DNA of 63,825 nucleotides, counting the filler, from Octopus bimaculoides (taxonomy: Eukaryota): NCBI RefSeq assembly GCF_001194135.2. It is 9 parts of 8 records of this genome, joined end to end, with 100 filler letters (N's around TTAATTAATTAA, not from the genome) between each part and the next. Parts side by side here need not be neighbours in the genome. Positions count along the whole stretch, not along the records: positions 4,967 to 26,906 come from NC_068983.1; 8 more parts are not named here. The stretch is one strand, 5' to 3'. The position numbers and the translations under genes were made by a program. This document shows, in pieces, positions 12,663 to 25,436 of the stretch (positions within the stretch are counted from its first letter, which is position 1; every line of letters starts with the position of its first letter). The notes under the pieces are model-generated. The model made no database searches and was not told the origin of the DNA. It was given only the letters and a program-made list of their open reading frames with translations.

Positions 12663-12922
12663 NNNNNNNNNNNNNNNNNNNNNNNNNNNNNNNNNNNNNN
12701 NNNNNNNNNNNNNNNNNNNNNNNNNNNNNNNNNNNNNNNNNNNNNNNNNNNNNNNNNNNNNNNNNNNNNNNNNNNNNNNNNNNNNNNNNNNNNNNNNNNN
12801 NNNNNNNNNNNNNNNNNNNNNNNNNNNNNNNNNNNNNNNNNNNNNNNNNNNNNNNNNNNNNNNNNNNNNNNNNNNNNNNNNNNNNNNNNNNNNNNNNNNN
12901 NNNNNNNNNNNNNNNNNNNATA

Positions 12923-13410
12923 TAAATCCAATGTTTAGGCAGAATGGTATACATAGCAGATTCCAATACCTTGTGAGTAAGATTCAATTGTTTTTAACGA
13001 CCAATCTTAAAAACAATTGGAACTTACTCACAAGGTATTGGAATCTTTTATGTATACCATTCTGCCTAAACATTGGATTTACAAATACAATATCCCTCCA
13101 TTCACTCTCTATTTCCTATCTTAACTAAACTAACTATTGCTTAATCATCCTCTCACACCGTCTCCGATCAAAGGATATAATAAATATCCTGGAAACAGCT
13201 GTAAGACATTCTATTTACAAGTGTTCTATATTATACACACCCTTGGTCTTTTATCTGATTACGAAAAGTAAATCCTTATATTCACACGCTGATATATGAC
13301 CTACGTTTGACCCCTTATTCGCATAACCACCGAACCTGGAGCTTAACTGTTGGCTATCCATAGCACTTACTCGGCATTACCTGAAACCTCTGGGTTTAAT
13401 TGACACCACC
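12923..13410 (+). mobile_element. Penelope-like terminal fragment (fold-back plus hammerhead remnant)
   Basis: 74-bp inverted arms at 12923-12996 and 13008-13081, followed by a hammerhead-like fold at 13160-13207. Confidence 0.55.
13160..13207 (+). ncRNA. Degenerate minimal type I hammerhead ribozyme
   Basis: GTCT-CCGATCA-A-AGGATAT AATAA ATATCCT-G-GAAAC-AGCT-GTA-AGAC. Stem I GTCT/AGAC, 7-bp stem II, palindromic ACAGCTGT stem III. The core has two substitutions relative to CUGAUGA. Confidence 0.6.
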
Positions 13411-13460
13411 ANNNNNNNNNNNNNNNNNNNNNNNNNNNNNNNNATATATATATATATATA

Positions 13461-13615
13461 CGGTGAGCTTCTTTCAGTTTCCGTCTACCAAATCTATTCA
13501 CAAAGCTTTGGTCGGCCCGAGGCTATAGTAGAAGACACTTGTCCAAAATACCACTGGATCTGAAACCATGTGGTTGGGAAACAAGCCTCTTACAACACAG
13601 CCATGCCTGTGCCTA
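13461..13615 (-). mobile_element. SINE family A, 5' half
   Basis: Matches 10535-10690. Confidence 0.85.
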
Positions 13616-14521
13616 TATATACATATATATATATACACAGTCAAAATATATAGTATTATACATCCATTACAGCCGATCTTCTCAATCGGTTTCGATCTAT
13701 GATACTATATAATTTGAATAATATACACGCTCTGTTCACAAATATACGAGTATACTTTTTTCTAATAGATTCCTATTAGTGAGTTTATGTGTGTTAGCGT
13801 GTGTGTGTTGTATGTGAGTATTTGCTGTGTGTATGTTGTGTGTGTATATGCTTGAATGTATGAATATATGTAAATGCGTATACATGTGCGTTTATAGTTA
13901 TAATATCTGTAGGAATCGCAGTTGTATCACAGCCGCCGTATTCTCTTCCAGTATATTTAAGACTACATCCCTAAATTGAGTAAATTTTCCCTATTGCCCC
14001 GAGCTGTAATGATTCTGCAGCATGCAAAACAAGATATTCTTCAAAGAATAAATCAGTATTTGCTATTGATTTCAGTTTAGCTACTGATTATAACTGATGA
14101 TTGTTTTTTTTTAACCCAAGGCTATCTTGATCGAGCGCAACAATGATCAAACAGCTCCATCCAACTTTTACCAAGCACAGCAATGCTCATACTCATTCTT
14201 TCGAGTATAGTGTCTCTATGTCACTATAATGTCATGTGTCCATTTTTAAAACAGTATAAAGTTATGTGATTGGGAATTGTTGGCTTCTATTACTAATAAA
14301 TCGAGACATCACATAACTGCTTCCTCGTTGCCTACAAATGACTTGTTGACCTTATATGCTGCGAAAACTTATGTGTGTCTCATTTCAAGCTCACCCAGCA
14401 CTTCCGTGCTCCAAGTGTTAAAACCCAGAATCCCCTTAACGCTTACAATATTTTCTTTATCAAATTGAATCTTTGACTCATGTTTGCGGCTAAAACTAAT
14501 CGCAAATGAAGTTAATCTCAC

Positions 14522-14614
14522 CAGAGCGGTAGAAACCACCAAGATAATAGTTATTACACCTTCCTTCGTTATCTACCATAAAATATCGAGAAATGGTGTT
14601 AATAATATTTTTAA
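14522..14614 (-). CDS. Candidate internal exon (phase 1-1, 93 nt)
   Basis: Pyrimidine-rich acceptor CTTCCTTTCGTTTCCTTTCGATATGTTCATAG, donor G|GTGAGA, open frame KNIINTISRYFMVDNEGRCNNYYLGGFYRS. Confidence 0.45.
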
Positions 14615-14870
14615 CTATGAACATATCGAAAGGAAACGAAAGGAAGTGAATTGTCAATAGATATTTTGTTGACAATGCGGCACTGCAAAAGTATGTCATC
14701 ATTCCACTGCCCTATATATAATAATAGCACAAGCCTGTGTATTACTCTGATTTATTCGTGTGTTCTTATATCTACAATTCTCCTCTCATCCCCTTCTCTC
14801 TATCAGTTTGTCTTTGTCCGTCGCTCTCCCCTCTTAAATAAATCTTTGTGTATTCATATGAACACACGTC

Positions 14871-14875
<5 letters not shown>

Positions 14876-14916
<41 letters not shown>
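14876..14916. repeat. (GATA)n microsatellite
   Basis: Direct sequence. Confidence 0.95.
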
Positions 14917-14917
<1 letters not shown>

Positions 14918-15099
14918 TTATACATACATACTTACAGAAAATGGTAGTTGAAACGATTAGACGTTCAGAAATAGAAACAGGTCAAACCCTGTATTTCTGT
15001 TCAGGATATATAGAATATATAGAATACAGATATATTACATGAATGTAATTATTTCAATATGTGACTGTATTTTTTCGATTGTCGACTGTTTTCAGTCAT

Positions 15100-15137
<38 letters not shown>

Positions 15138-18100
15138 ACGTGTATGCGTGTGCGCACGCACGTGCGGGGGTGTGTGTATGTGTGTGTGTGTGTGTGTGTG
15201 TCCCCGTCTGTGTCTGTGTGTATGTGTTAGATATGCGCGCGTGGAGATAAAGGAGGTTCTGTACAATAGTTTCAGTCTATTTCATCTCGATCTTGAAAGT
15301 ATTCTCATACGGCTACCTTCTAAGTATTAGCTCATCGTCGTCACACGGCAACATTATCTACATATCTCTCATCCCTTCTCTTTCACCGCTCTCCCACCCT
15401 CTTTCTCTCTTTCTCGCTTCCTGATCCAATCTTTCTTCTTTTTCTTCCTCCTATAGAACTCTTTGATATTCAAAATACGAAATCATTAACTTCCAGTGTT
15501 AACACAAACTACGTTTACACACAAACTACTACAACTACACTCAATCTGGTTATTACCTTAACTCTATTTCTTTCATTTGGAAATATCTCAATGTGTCACT
15601 CTCTTGTTGTATACCACCTGTTATTTCTTTTTTTTTTTTGTAACACCATGTTTTTAGCTGGCGTTTTTTTTTATATATTTTTTTATAAATTGAAGTTTTG
15701 CTATTGCTTTCTCATTCATCGTCATTTATTATATGAATCATATATTCTATATAATCTCAACCTAAAATATATATATATATATATATATANNNNNNNNNNN
15801 NNNNNNNNNNNNNNNNNNNNNNNNNNNNNNNNNNNNNNNNNNNNNNNNNNNNNNNNNNNNNNNNNNNNNNNNNNNNNNNNNNNNNNNNNNNNNNNNNNNN
15901 NNNNNNNNNNNNNNNNNNNNNNNNNNNNNNNNNNNNNNNNNNNNNNNNNNNNNNNNNNNNNNNNNNNNNNNNNNNNNNNNNNNNNNNNNNNNNNNNNNNN
16001 NNNNNNNNNNNNNNNNNNNNNNNNNNNNNNNNNNNNNNNNNNNNNNNNNNNNNNNNNNNNNNNNNNNNNNNNNNNNNNNNNNNNNNNNNNNNNNNNNNNN
16101 NNNNNNNNNNNNNNNNNNNNNNNNNNNNNNNNNNNNNNNNNNNNNNNNNNNNNNNNNNNNNNNNNNNNNNNNNNNNNNNNNNNNNNNNNNNNNNNNNNNN
16201 NNNNNNNNNNTATATATATATATGTATATATATATGTATATGTATATGTATATGTATATATGTATATGTATATCAATATGCGTTTAGTTTAATCTGGTTA
16301 TGCGACTGTATTTAACCATCTTTGTAATTCTTTCTTTGGTTTTGTTTTACAAAGTTAATGAATTTCGCCAACTGAAAAAGATAATGAGCCCGTTAGATAT
16401 ATCTGTCATTAAAATACTATTAATCTAAATTACTTACTAACATTGTTAACGTGGATCTAGTCACATGTGAAACTTAGCCAAAATAGTGATAAGATATCGA
16501 TTTATTAAGTATACCAGATGTTTACGGACAATACAGAGTTAGAAAAATATCAGGTTGCTGGTCACCTAATGGTGTATCAGAGGTATAGCTCAGTGTTTTT
16601 GCTAAATAGATTTCAGTATTATTGTTACTCAATAGCTAGTCATAAACAAGTATCATACAATGTATTTTTTTAATAAATTTCTCAAAGCCACAGGGAACTT
16701 AAAGTATTGTTTGAGGCGTTACCATGATATAATATAAATCTTATAGCAACTAAATTTCATGTTTAAGAAGTTAGCATGATGCACTAACATAAATCCTCGT
16801 CTGAAGTTGACTACCAGATATTATGTTAGGGTCGTTAACATGATGTAATATAAATAAATCTTTATTTGAAGTTGACTACCAAGGACTTAATATTTGTTTT
16901 GCCAGGCTAACATGGTGTGAAATTAATCTTTATCTGAATTTAATACCAGAACATTTCATTAAACAGATGCATTATGTTACAACTTAATGAAGGAGTACAA
17001 AAAATTAGTCTGAGGATATCCAGAGATAGAACAGGACATCAGCAATGGATTTCTAGCCATACAAATTGAGTCCAGCGTTTGATAATTGTGTCTTCAATAA
17101 ATAGTGAAGCAAGATAATGTTTGGTGTTGTAAATTTAGGAGTTATTGTGATACAATACATTGATTGGCTCACATCGTGTCGTGAGTAAAATCAGGCGTAA
17201 GAGCCTCAAATTCTCTCTAGGGAAGAAAGTTTAAATCATAATCATTTAATGTATTGAATCCTGCGATAAATTCTAAAACATCACGAAATTATTTAAAAGA
17301 GCCTGTTGATTGAAGAGAAGTTCAAAAACATATGGTGAATCAGTGGATGTTTAGTTGCAATGGAATAAAGACATTTTTTTTCTTCTTTTTATGTTATGGT
17401 GTACAGAGCGATTTTATTTTCGATAGAAAGAAGTCGTTTTAGAGAAATACAACCAGATAGAAAGAAATCAATCTTAAAACGATATTTGTAAGTTATAGTT
17501 ACATTGTGATAGTAACCATTATAATAGTTCAGTATCTAAACCGATTTCTTTACCACCAGGAATCTTTTTGTTTGAAAGCAGAACATTACTTATAAGGTTT
17601 ATATAACTCGGTCGCTTTGAAGTGATTCCGGTTTAAAACCAACAACTTGCCAAGCATTGTACTAGGTCTGATAATAAGAAGAGGCTAGTCAAGATACAAT
17701 CGACATTGTAGGCTAAAACTGTCTCGCAAATGTGTGCTCGCCTAAAAACAAGCTGAATGCGTCAACAGATATTTTCCACTTACATCCTTCGTTGAAAGTG
17801 AAAAAAAATCGTACCAGCCAACAAAATACTAGCTGAGATAGTGTCTGAAAGTTTCAGAAATCAATATAAACTTTCTATAGATGGCTTTTTCTTCAACAAA
17901 TCATTCGTCAGTAATGCTTGATAATATCATCTTTTTCTGTAATATATTCTATTTTAGCTTGATATTTTTCATATTTCGCATGTGTTTTTAAACTTTTTTC
18001 TCTCTTATACGTTAATTTTACTCCGTTCTTCATAGAAAGAGATAATCTAAATAGCTTTTGCCGCCATACTACCGTTATTTTATGTTTAACTGATGCTAGA

Positions 18101-19029
18101 CATTTATTTTCTCAAAGTCCATATATCTGTATATCAGTTGTATATAGCTAGTTGATTTTGATGACCTTAAACAAGTATTTGCTTTCTCTTTAAGCTTCAT
18201 AATTTCAACGAAGACGAATAGCCAAAAATGTTTTACGAAAATATTTCAGGAGAGAAAATCGACGTATATACATAAGGTTTAGATTGATACTTGTTGATAC
18301 ATTTTAAAAAATATCTGCCTAAAGTTCGACTGACAAGTTTATACCCATCTACGCTAATAAAGCAGTTTTGTTTTTAATCTATGTATGTAATTATTTTTGT
18401 TTTTTTTTTATATTTATTTATGTACTTATTTATATTCATATTAATCTAAGATTAAAATTAATACTTTCACCTGAATAAATAATTTGTATTCTAAACCGCG
18501 TCAAACCGATAGTTGTTTGGTAGGTTATAAGGGTTTCACTTCCCAAATAGACTTCTATTATAAATACAGATAACTATGGCTTCTCTCCTATCTCCAATTA
18601 TTACCCCAGCTCCAACTAAACGTACATCATTTTTATGTATCATTCTTCACTCAGCAACATTTCCATTACCATACTGTAAATTAAAACTGTCAACTAATCC
18701 ATTTTCCTCAGAATTGCATACTGTTGTAAAGAATTAATTTATCTTGTTTTGGAAACTGCAATCTAGCCAACATGTAATATATTTGTGAGTTAATCACACA
18801 ACTTGAATTATCTTTTAGTGTAAAATATTCGAATAAGAACATATAGAAATTGTTGTCTGCGTATAAGAGAACCATGCGTGGTCTTTTTTAGTCATTGCAA
18901 ATAACAAGACTCTGAAGCGAATTGATGTCATATCAAAATTAATTTGGCAGGGCAGGGCGAAGATTGTGGACACAATGCGCACTGACAAACATACGCATAC
19001 ACATATACCTACAAATGTATATGTGCATG

Positions 19030-19470
19030 TTATTTAGATTTTTTTCCAGGTTTCTCGCCAATAGAGAAGGAACCGGACTTTAATCTAGGTCTCAAGTTCC
19101 TCCGGTGGAATTTCAGCAACATCAGTAGTACATTTTGTGCATGAGTGTGTTTTTGTGCAAGTATTTTGAGTTAGTGCATGTGAAAATCTGTATTTATTGC
19201 TTTATTTATGTATGTTCATGCATATAGTTGCGTGCCAAGACGTGTGCATATATACTTATGGTGCACTCTGGAAACTTTTACAAATTTTACCAGTCCCATT
19301 GCTGGCTTGTACCTGTAGGCTTCTATTTAGGTTGTTCCTTTGCGGTTATGATAAATCTAATTTCTCAAGAGTAGTACTGAGGCAGTTTGTTGCCTATCCT
19401 AGGCACCCAATGATTCCTGGTAAATTAAAAATTATAATCCGGGTGGAGTTGTAGTAAATTTCTCATCAGT
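19030..19470 (-). mobile_element. R4/Dong-like family B, short 3' fragment
   Basis: IIGCLG...LEKLDLS...LQVQASNGTGKICKVFQ plus a 3' UTR like 8500-8700. Abuts (TATG)n at 19486-19515. Confidence 0.75.
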
Positions 19471-19519
19471 TCAGTCAAGGTGTTTTATGTATGTATGTAT
19501 GTATGTATGTATATATGTT

Positions 19520-21110
19520 AACTTATATTTTTAGTTACTTGAAATATCTTCTACGGAAAGTGCTGGTTTCTAACAAAATACAAATTGCCATCTCTGGAAT
19601 GTTGATAACAAAAAGCATAAGTCGAGCATACGAAAACTTTGGCCTATTTTTACTTGTCCGCTTACAGATTGTATTTGTATTGTTTGAGTTAATTACTTGA
19701 TTTCTTTTTCTTAAAACTGTTAACTTATCAAGGCTGTAACTTAGAAATTTATTCCGAAATTTAGGTGCACCAGTTATTGATGTAAATGTGAATTTGTAAT
19801 CTGAATATATAAGATAAATGTTTCGGAGCAATTGTCCGTAGTTATCCTCTTTTTTCTTTGACTTTTCTAAGTGATATTCATATCAGACATCTATGTCAGA
19901 ACATGGTTTTAATTGTCTGTCCCAAACACTTATATTCGGGCTATTATGTTTACATTTGATTGAAGTTTTTTATGAGAAATGTATCACCAATATTCCTTAT
20001 ATTGATGCTTACGTACGTATTCAAAAGCAGGTGGAGGTTCTCTATATTAATCCCAGAACCGTCTTTTTAACAGATAACATTGTATATTATATTAGCAACA
20101 GTATCGTGTGACTTTGAGAGGTAGTACTTTGGTGACATTTTAGAATAGCAGCTGATCACATGTGTGAACTCATCCACAAAAATGTGACATAACCTACATT
20201 TTCGGTTGCATTTTGGGGCTCGAATGGCTTCACTTTTTCTTTTGTTTATTAGGTATTTTATAGGAATCTCTTGTCCTTGGATTGCAAATACATAGCTTTT
20301 GAAGAGTTGTTTGATGAAAATGTCTCCGGTCCAAGAGAGACTGCAGTTCATGTTGATGTTACTTTCGTTTTCAAATCCTGAGTAAACATACCCGACTCTC
20401 ATCTTTTTTCTTCGGTTTATTGAGCGTTTCATATCCTGGTCTTCTTTCAGGTATGTTAGTCTAGGTCATCACGAAGAGAGTACTTCCCGAGGAGGTCATT
20501 ACAGATACGATGGATGCTCTCTTCCCTTTTCAGTGTTAGATTTATGTATTTGTTTCTACAGCCGTTGTTTAATTGGTGCTGCCTCAGAGAGACTATACGA
20601 AAGTCGAAGGTTGTCTCTACTGATCTCAAAACTCTACCCACTTCGTCTCTTCTTAGTTAGAACATTTCAGTATCACTGTTTCTGTTGAAAGTTCCAGTCG
20701 ATATCAAGATCTTCCTGGTTTTAATGTCTATGCAGTGGAATTCCTTTAGAGACCAGTTCAGTATCCCAAGTGTCGGTATCAGTACTAGTACTGAAAATGA
20801 TTTGTGGGATATTGTGTTGTGGTAAGAGAACAGTTCCGACTGGTATGTTTTTTCTAAGTCTGGTTTGATATTCTCGGGTTACTCTATTCGTTATTTGGAA
20901 GAAGATGGATCGAAAGACCATACACAGGTTTTGATTGTGCAGAGCTGATTTTCCATGTTCAACAATGAAATGCGAACTCGTCTGTTGTCCTCATACCATT
21001 CCTGTGATTTTGGCTTATTAGTCTTAACATTTTTAGCATAGATATTCATGTCATCCGCAATTAAAATATATGTCACATTAGTAGTTCCAACAGTTGCATA
21101 ACATAGTATG
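19520..21110 (-). mobile_element. R4/Dong-like family B, heavily degraded longer copy
   Basis: YILIADDMNIYAKN (RT), CRLCHIFVDEFTHVISCYSKMSPKYYLSKSHDTVA (CCHC knuckle), YSDYKF. The 3' end lies at the (TATG)n tract. Confidence 0.8.
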
Positions 21111-21219
21111 TAGATATTGCATTTTTAAAAAGAAATTATAATGCATTTAATGCCAAAATAACAGAATTACAGAAAGAATATTACCTTCAATATTCCGTAT
21201 GTAATATATATAACATCAT

Positions 21220-21436
21220 AAGGCAGCGAGCTGGAAGAAATGTTAGCACACTGGGTGAAATACTTAACGATATTCCGTCTGTCTTTACATTGTGTTCAAA
21301 TTCTGCTGAGGTCGACTTAGCTCTTCATCCTTTCTGGGTCGATAAATTAAGTACCAGTTCCGTGCTGGGGTCGATATAATCGACTGGTCCCCTCCCCCAA
21401 GATTTCCGGCCTTGTGCCCAGAGTAAAAGAAAAATA
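21220..21436 (+). mobile_element. tRNA-derived SINE family C
   Basis: AAGGCAGCGAGCTGGAAGAAATGTTAGCAC ... GTTCAAATTC B box. Copies at 24288-24495, 46910-47130 and 57750-57920. Confidence 0.8.
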
Positions 21437-22779
21437 TATACATGACATCATAGATGATTGTTGCATTATCAATTGTAAGAAATATGCCCTCAATGAAATA
21501 GTTCATTCAAGGTATACTTCACCAGTATACATTTATCATTATTACTCCAATGATCATTAGGGTTGTGACTGCTAATTGTTAAGTGGTAGAAAAACAATGG
21601 TCTGTTGCCTTAGCTTATACTATAGTCTTACTGACGTATAGCACGATGTCCGTAGGAAAGCCATTAACTGTGGAAGCAGGTGTTCTAGAGGAATAATTGT
21701 TCACGATTCTGTTTACACAATTTTGGAATACAATTACTTTTATCTCTTCCTTGGATAAAGTCACATTCGTTAATTATCTTCCTGAGTTCAAAAAATAGTG
21801 TTTGTTGACATAATTGTTTAGCTGTAAAATAATTCAAATCTGCGTGCAACCCACCTCCAGTGTATTTTTAATCTATTCATACCTAACAGTGGGGTTTTGT
21901 TTTGTCCTTTTATAGCAATGAAAGAAATCATTTTTTAGTTCATACCTTCAAGAAAAATGCCTTTATATTTAGTTTCTTTTATAACTAGAAGTAAAGCGAG
22001 TCAGTTTACCTCGAATAATGTTTAATTTTTGTTCAAGATATTTCCGTATTCAGACATGTTATTTGTCACAAATCATTGCGTTGTAAATTCCACTATGAGA
22101 GTAAAATCACTCGGATTTTGAATACAAGCCTCCTTCCAGTGATTGTAAACGGTTGTAAGGAATCCTCATTTCTAACTTCCAGCTGTCGGAAACTTTCATC
22201 AATTATTATCTTCTTCATCCTCCGTACGTCCATTTCCCTTCTCACTAATCAGTAGTACAGTTTCAATAATCCTTGCCTGCCTGCCAGAGAGAGACTTATC
22301 CACGTCGCATCTTATCGCATCCAGAACGTTGAGAAACGGTGGAAACATTTTTTCTTCACCAATGAAGAAACATTTGATTGTTAAACATGGGAAACACCAG
22401 TTAAGTTTCTTGGTTTTTGGTTCCATCTAACTTATTGGTATTGTGGTTCAATCTAACATAATTTCCTGGAGATTGCTGTTTCACTATTTGCAAGATTTAA
22501 ACCACCTTCATCATGTCTTGTGTAATTAATACTTTAAGTCTCTCACACACTGCAGTTCATTAACAACACATACTTCGATACAGATGATACAACCCTCTAC
22601 TAATCTTTAATAGCTTTGATATTTGTGTCATCAAAATACAGCCTAGAAATCAATATTAATTCTTGGAACACGTGCCTGGAAAATATGAAGACATTGTTTT
22701 ACGGTAATAACAATGTATCTCATTCAACAGCACTAAAACGCGTTTACTATGCATACAAATAAACATATGAACAGGGCAC

Positions 22780-23440
22780 ATTCCCCTCAACAAACTAAAC
22801 TCGCCAATTCATTACATGACTTCCTTCAATATTACGGATTTCTGACTGCGTTCCTGAAACTGTATCTTTGTCTTCTGGTTTTTATTGTTTTCTTCTTTCT
22901 TTTATTCCATCTTTCAGGTTTTATGGTGATCTACTATTGTTAAAACTGTATCTCTTGACTAAACTAATTCAGAGAGGATATTTCGTCCTTCTATCAAATA
23001 CGAATCTCATTGGAATATTGACTCTATCTAGCACAGATTTATTTCAATGCACCCACCAAATATTACACAAGCTTTATACATCCAAGTCTACACCAAAAAT
23101 GGACATCTATCTGATATACTCAACAGTACACTGTAACAAAAATCCAGAACACATACGGTCGTCTTTTCGAGGTCAGCTTCTAAGGTTTTGCACTGCTGTA
23201 GTAATACTTACCCTTTCTGTATTACCATTCCATTCTCTTGTCAAACGTTTAGTAAAGTCTTTGCTCAATACCCCTGCATGAAAACGTTTATCTTTTGAAT
23301 GTTGCAATGCTCCGTATTTATCCTACAACTATCAGCATAAAGAAGAGTCTCAAGTACTAATTTTCTTTCTCCATTTTAACCCCTCTTCTTCTCTGACAAA
23401 TTAAAGAATATGTTATCCTCAGATAAATATGGGCAGGGTG
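22780..23440 (-). mobile_element. Degraded LINE reverse transcriptase fragment (clade uncertain)
   Basis: Minus translation LETLLYADS (YADD-like), followed by thumb-like decayed sequence with many stops. Confidence 0.45.
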
Positions 23441-23491
23441 CACTTTCGTTGTAATTTGTTACCGATATATATGTATGTGGGTGTAGTAGTA

Positions 23492-23541
<50 letters not shown>

Positions 23542-23544
<3 letters not shown>

Positions 23545-24250
23545 ATTGAAACTATAGACCACCTAATCTCAAGGTGTAGAGTCTTAGTACCTGTAGAATA
23601 TAAAGCAAGACATGACAGAGTCGGCCAGGATTTACACTGAACAATATGTCGGCATTATAAAATCAAAACCGCAGACAAATGGTATAAATACCATCCTGAA
23701 GCTGTGACCGCGGGAGAAAATGTATCGATTCTCTGGGACTTCCCCGTACATACCGACAAAACTATAAAAGCTAATAAACCGGATATTATTATAAAAGATC
23801 AGACAAAAAAGATGTGTTTATTGATTGACATGAGTATTCCTTGCGATCATAATATAGCGGCGAAAGAATTTGACAAGATCAATAAATATAAAGACTTGAT
23901 AATAGAAATTGAAAAAATGTGGTACCTCAAGGCGACCACCGTACCAGTGATTGTAGCATCTCTAGGAATGATAAAAAAAAAAGGTACTGAAACCTATTTG
24001 AAAATGATACCAGGCTTACCATCCCTACAGGAAGTGCAAAAAATCGTGTTAACTGGAACGACTCATGTACTGAGAAGAGCATTATCGCTGTGAAAGGAAC
24101 ATCCATTCATGAATTTATTCATTTATTAATTATTTTTTAAATACATATTTTACCTGTGAATTTGCGTGTGTAAACTGAGATTGCATCCAATGAGCTTCTC
24201 TGCCCTAGGTGTACGGAAAACACTTGGCGAGAAATGGAAGAAAAAAAAAC
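23542..24250 (+). mobile_element. R4/Dong-like RLE retrotransposon 3' fragment in (AAT)n
   Basis: ARHDRVG, WYKYHPEAV, ILWDFPVHTDKTIKANKPDIII...LIDMSIP...KEFDKINKYKDL...VPVIVASLG (RLE). AAT tracts at 23490-23541 and from 24252. Confidence 0.9.
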
Positions 24251-24287
24251 ATCATAATAATAATAATAGTAATGATAATCATTTTTA

Positions 24288-24495
24288 TTATAGCCATTAG
24301 GCCTGAAATTTGGTGGGAGGGAATTAGTCGATTAAATCGATCTCCAATGTTTCACAGGTACTTAATTTATCGACCCCGAAAGGATGAAAGATAGAGTCGA
24401 CCTCGACGAAATTTGAACTCAGAATGTAGAGGCGGACAAACTGCCGCTAAGCATTTTTTCCTGTGCGGTAACAATTTTGCCGGATCACCGCTTTA
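24288..24495 (-). mobile_element. SINE family C
   Basis: Reverse complement of 21220-21436. Confidence 0.8.
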
Positions 24496-24515
24496 AAATA
24501 ATAATGATAATAATG

Positions 24516-24547
<32 letters not shown>

Positions 24548-24936
24548 NNNNNNNNNNNNNNNNNNNNNNNNNNNNNNNNNNNNNNNNNNNNNNNNNNNNN
24601 NNNNNNNNNNNNNNNNNNNNNNNNNNNNNNNNNNNNNNNNNNNNNNNNNNNNNNNNNNNNNNNNNNNNNNNNNNNNNNNNNNNNNNNNNNNNNNNNNNNN
24701 NNNNNNNNNNNNNNNNNNNNNNNNNNNNNNNNNNNNNNNNNNNNNNNNNNNNNNNNNNNNNNNNNNNNNNNNNNNNNNNNNNNNNNNNNNNNNNNNNNNN
24801 NNNNNNNNNNNNNNNNNNNNNNNNNNNNNNNNNNNNNNNNNNNNNNNNNNNNNNNNNNNNNNNNNNNNNNNNNNNNNNNNNNNNNNNNNNNNNNNNNNNN
24901 NNNNNNNNNNNNNNNNNNNNNNNNNNNNNNNNNNNA

Positions 24937-25366
24937 AATTAAGGCCAATAGACCAGATATAGTTGTCAAAGATCATGAAAGAAAAAAATGTTTTCTAATT
25001 GATGTATCAATACCAGCAGATGACAACGTTTCCCTAAACGAAATGGAGAAACTTTCAAAATACAAAGACCTGGAAATAGAGGTAACTCGAATGTGGTATC
25101 TAAAAACAGAAACAATTCCTATCATAGTAGGTGCCTTAGGCGTAATAAAAAAATATTCAGACAAATACATAACAAAAACGCCAGGACTTACAAATATATA
25201 TAACATGCAGAAAATTGCACTACTGGACACTGCACACATCCTACGCAAAACACTTTCAATACAGTAACCATAAGAGCATCACAGCAAACCACAGCACATA
25301 CCCAAGGCACACAGAGCTGCGCTCGGTAGTGAAGTGAAAGCACGTTATAAAAATAAAACTACTGAA
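24937..25366 (+). mobile_element. R4/Dong-like RLE retrotransposon 3' end
   Basis: NRPDIVVKDHERKKCFLIDVSIPADDNVSLNEMEKLSKYKDLEIEVTRMW...IPIIVGALG. The 3' UTR ends in AAT/GAT repeats. Confidence 0.9.
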
Positions 25367-25377
25367 TAATAATAATA

Positions 25378-25436
<59 letters not shown>

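Noticed and set aside
17008-17042. CTGAGGA-TATC CAGA GATA-GAAC hammerhead look-alike
   Set aside because: It lacks GAAA, a cleavage triplet and stem I pairing, and is compatible with chance.
21450-22430. Possible very old Penelope RT remnant and the 75-aa ORF at 22199-22426
   Set aside because: Only a vague ELRK...GRDKSNC resemblance to the PLE ADKG motif, and it is not alignable by eye.
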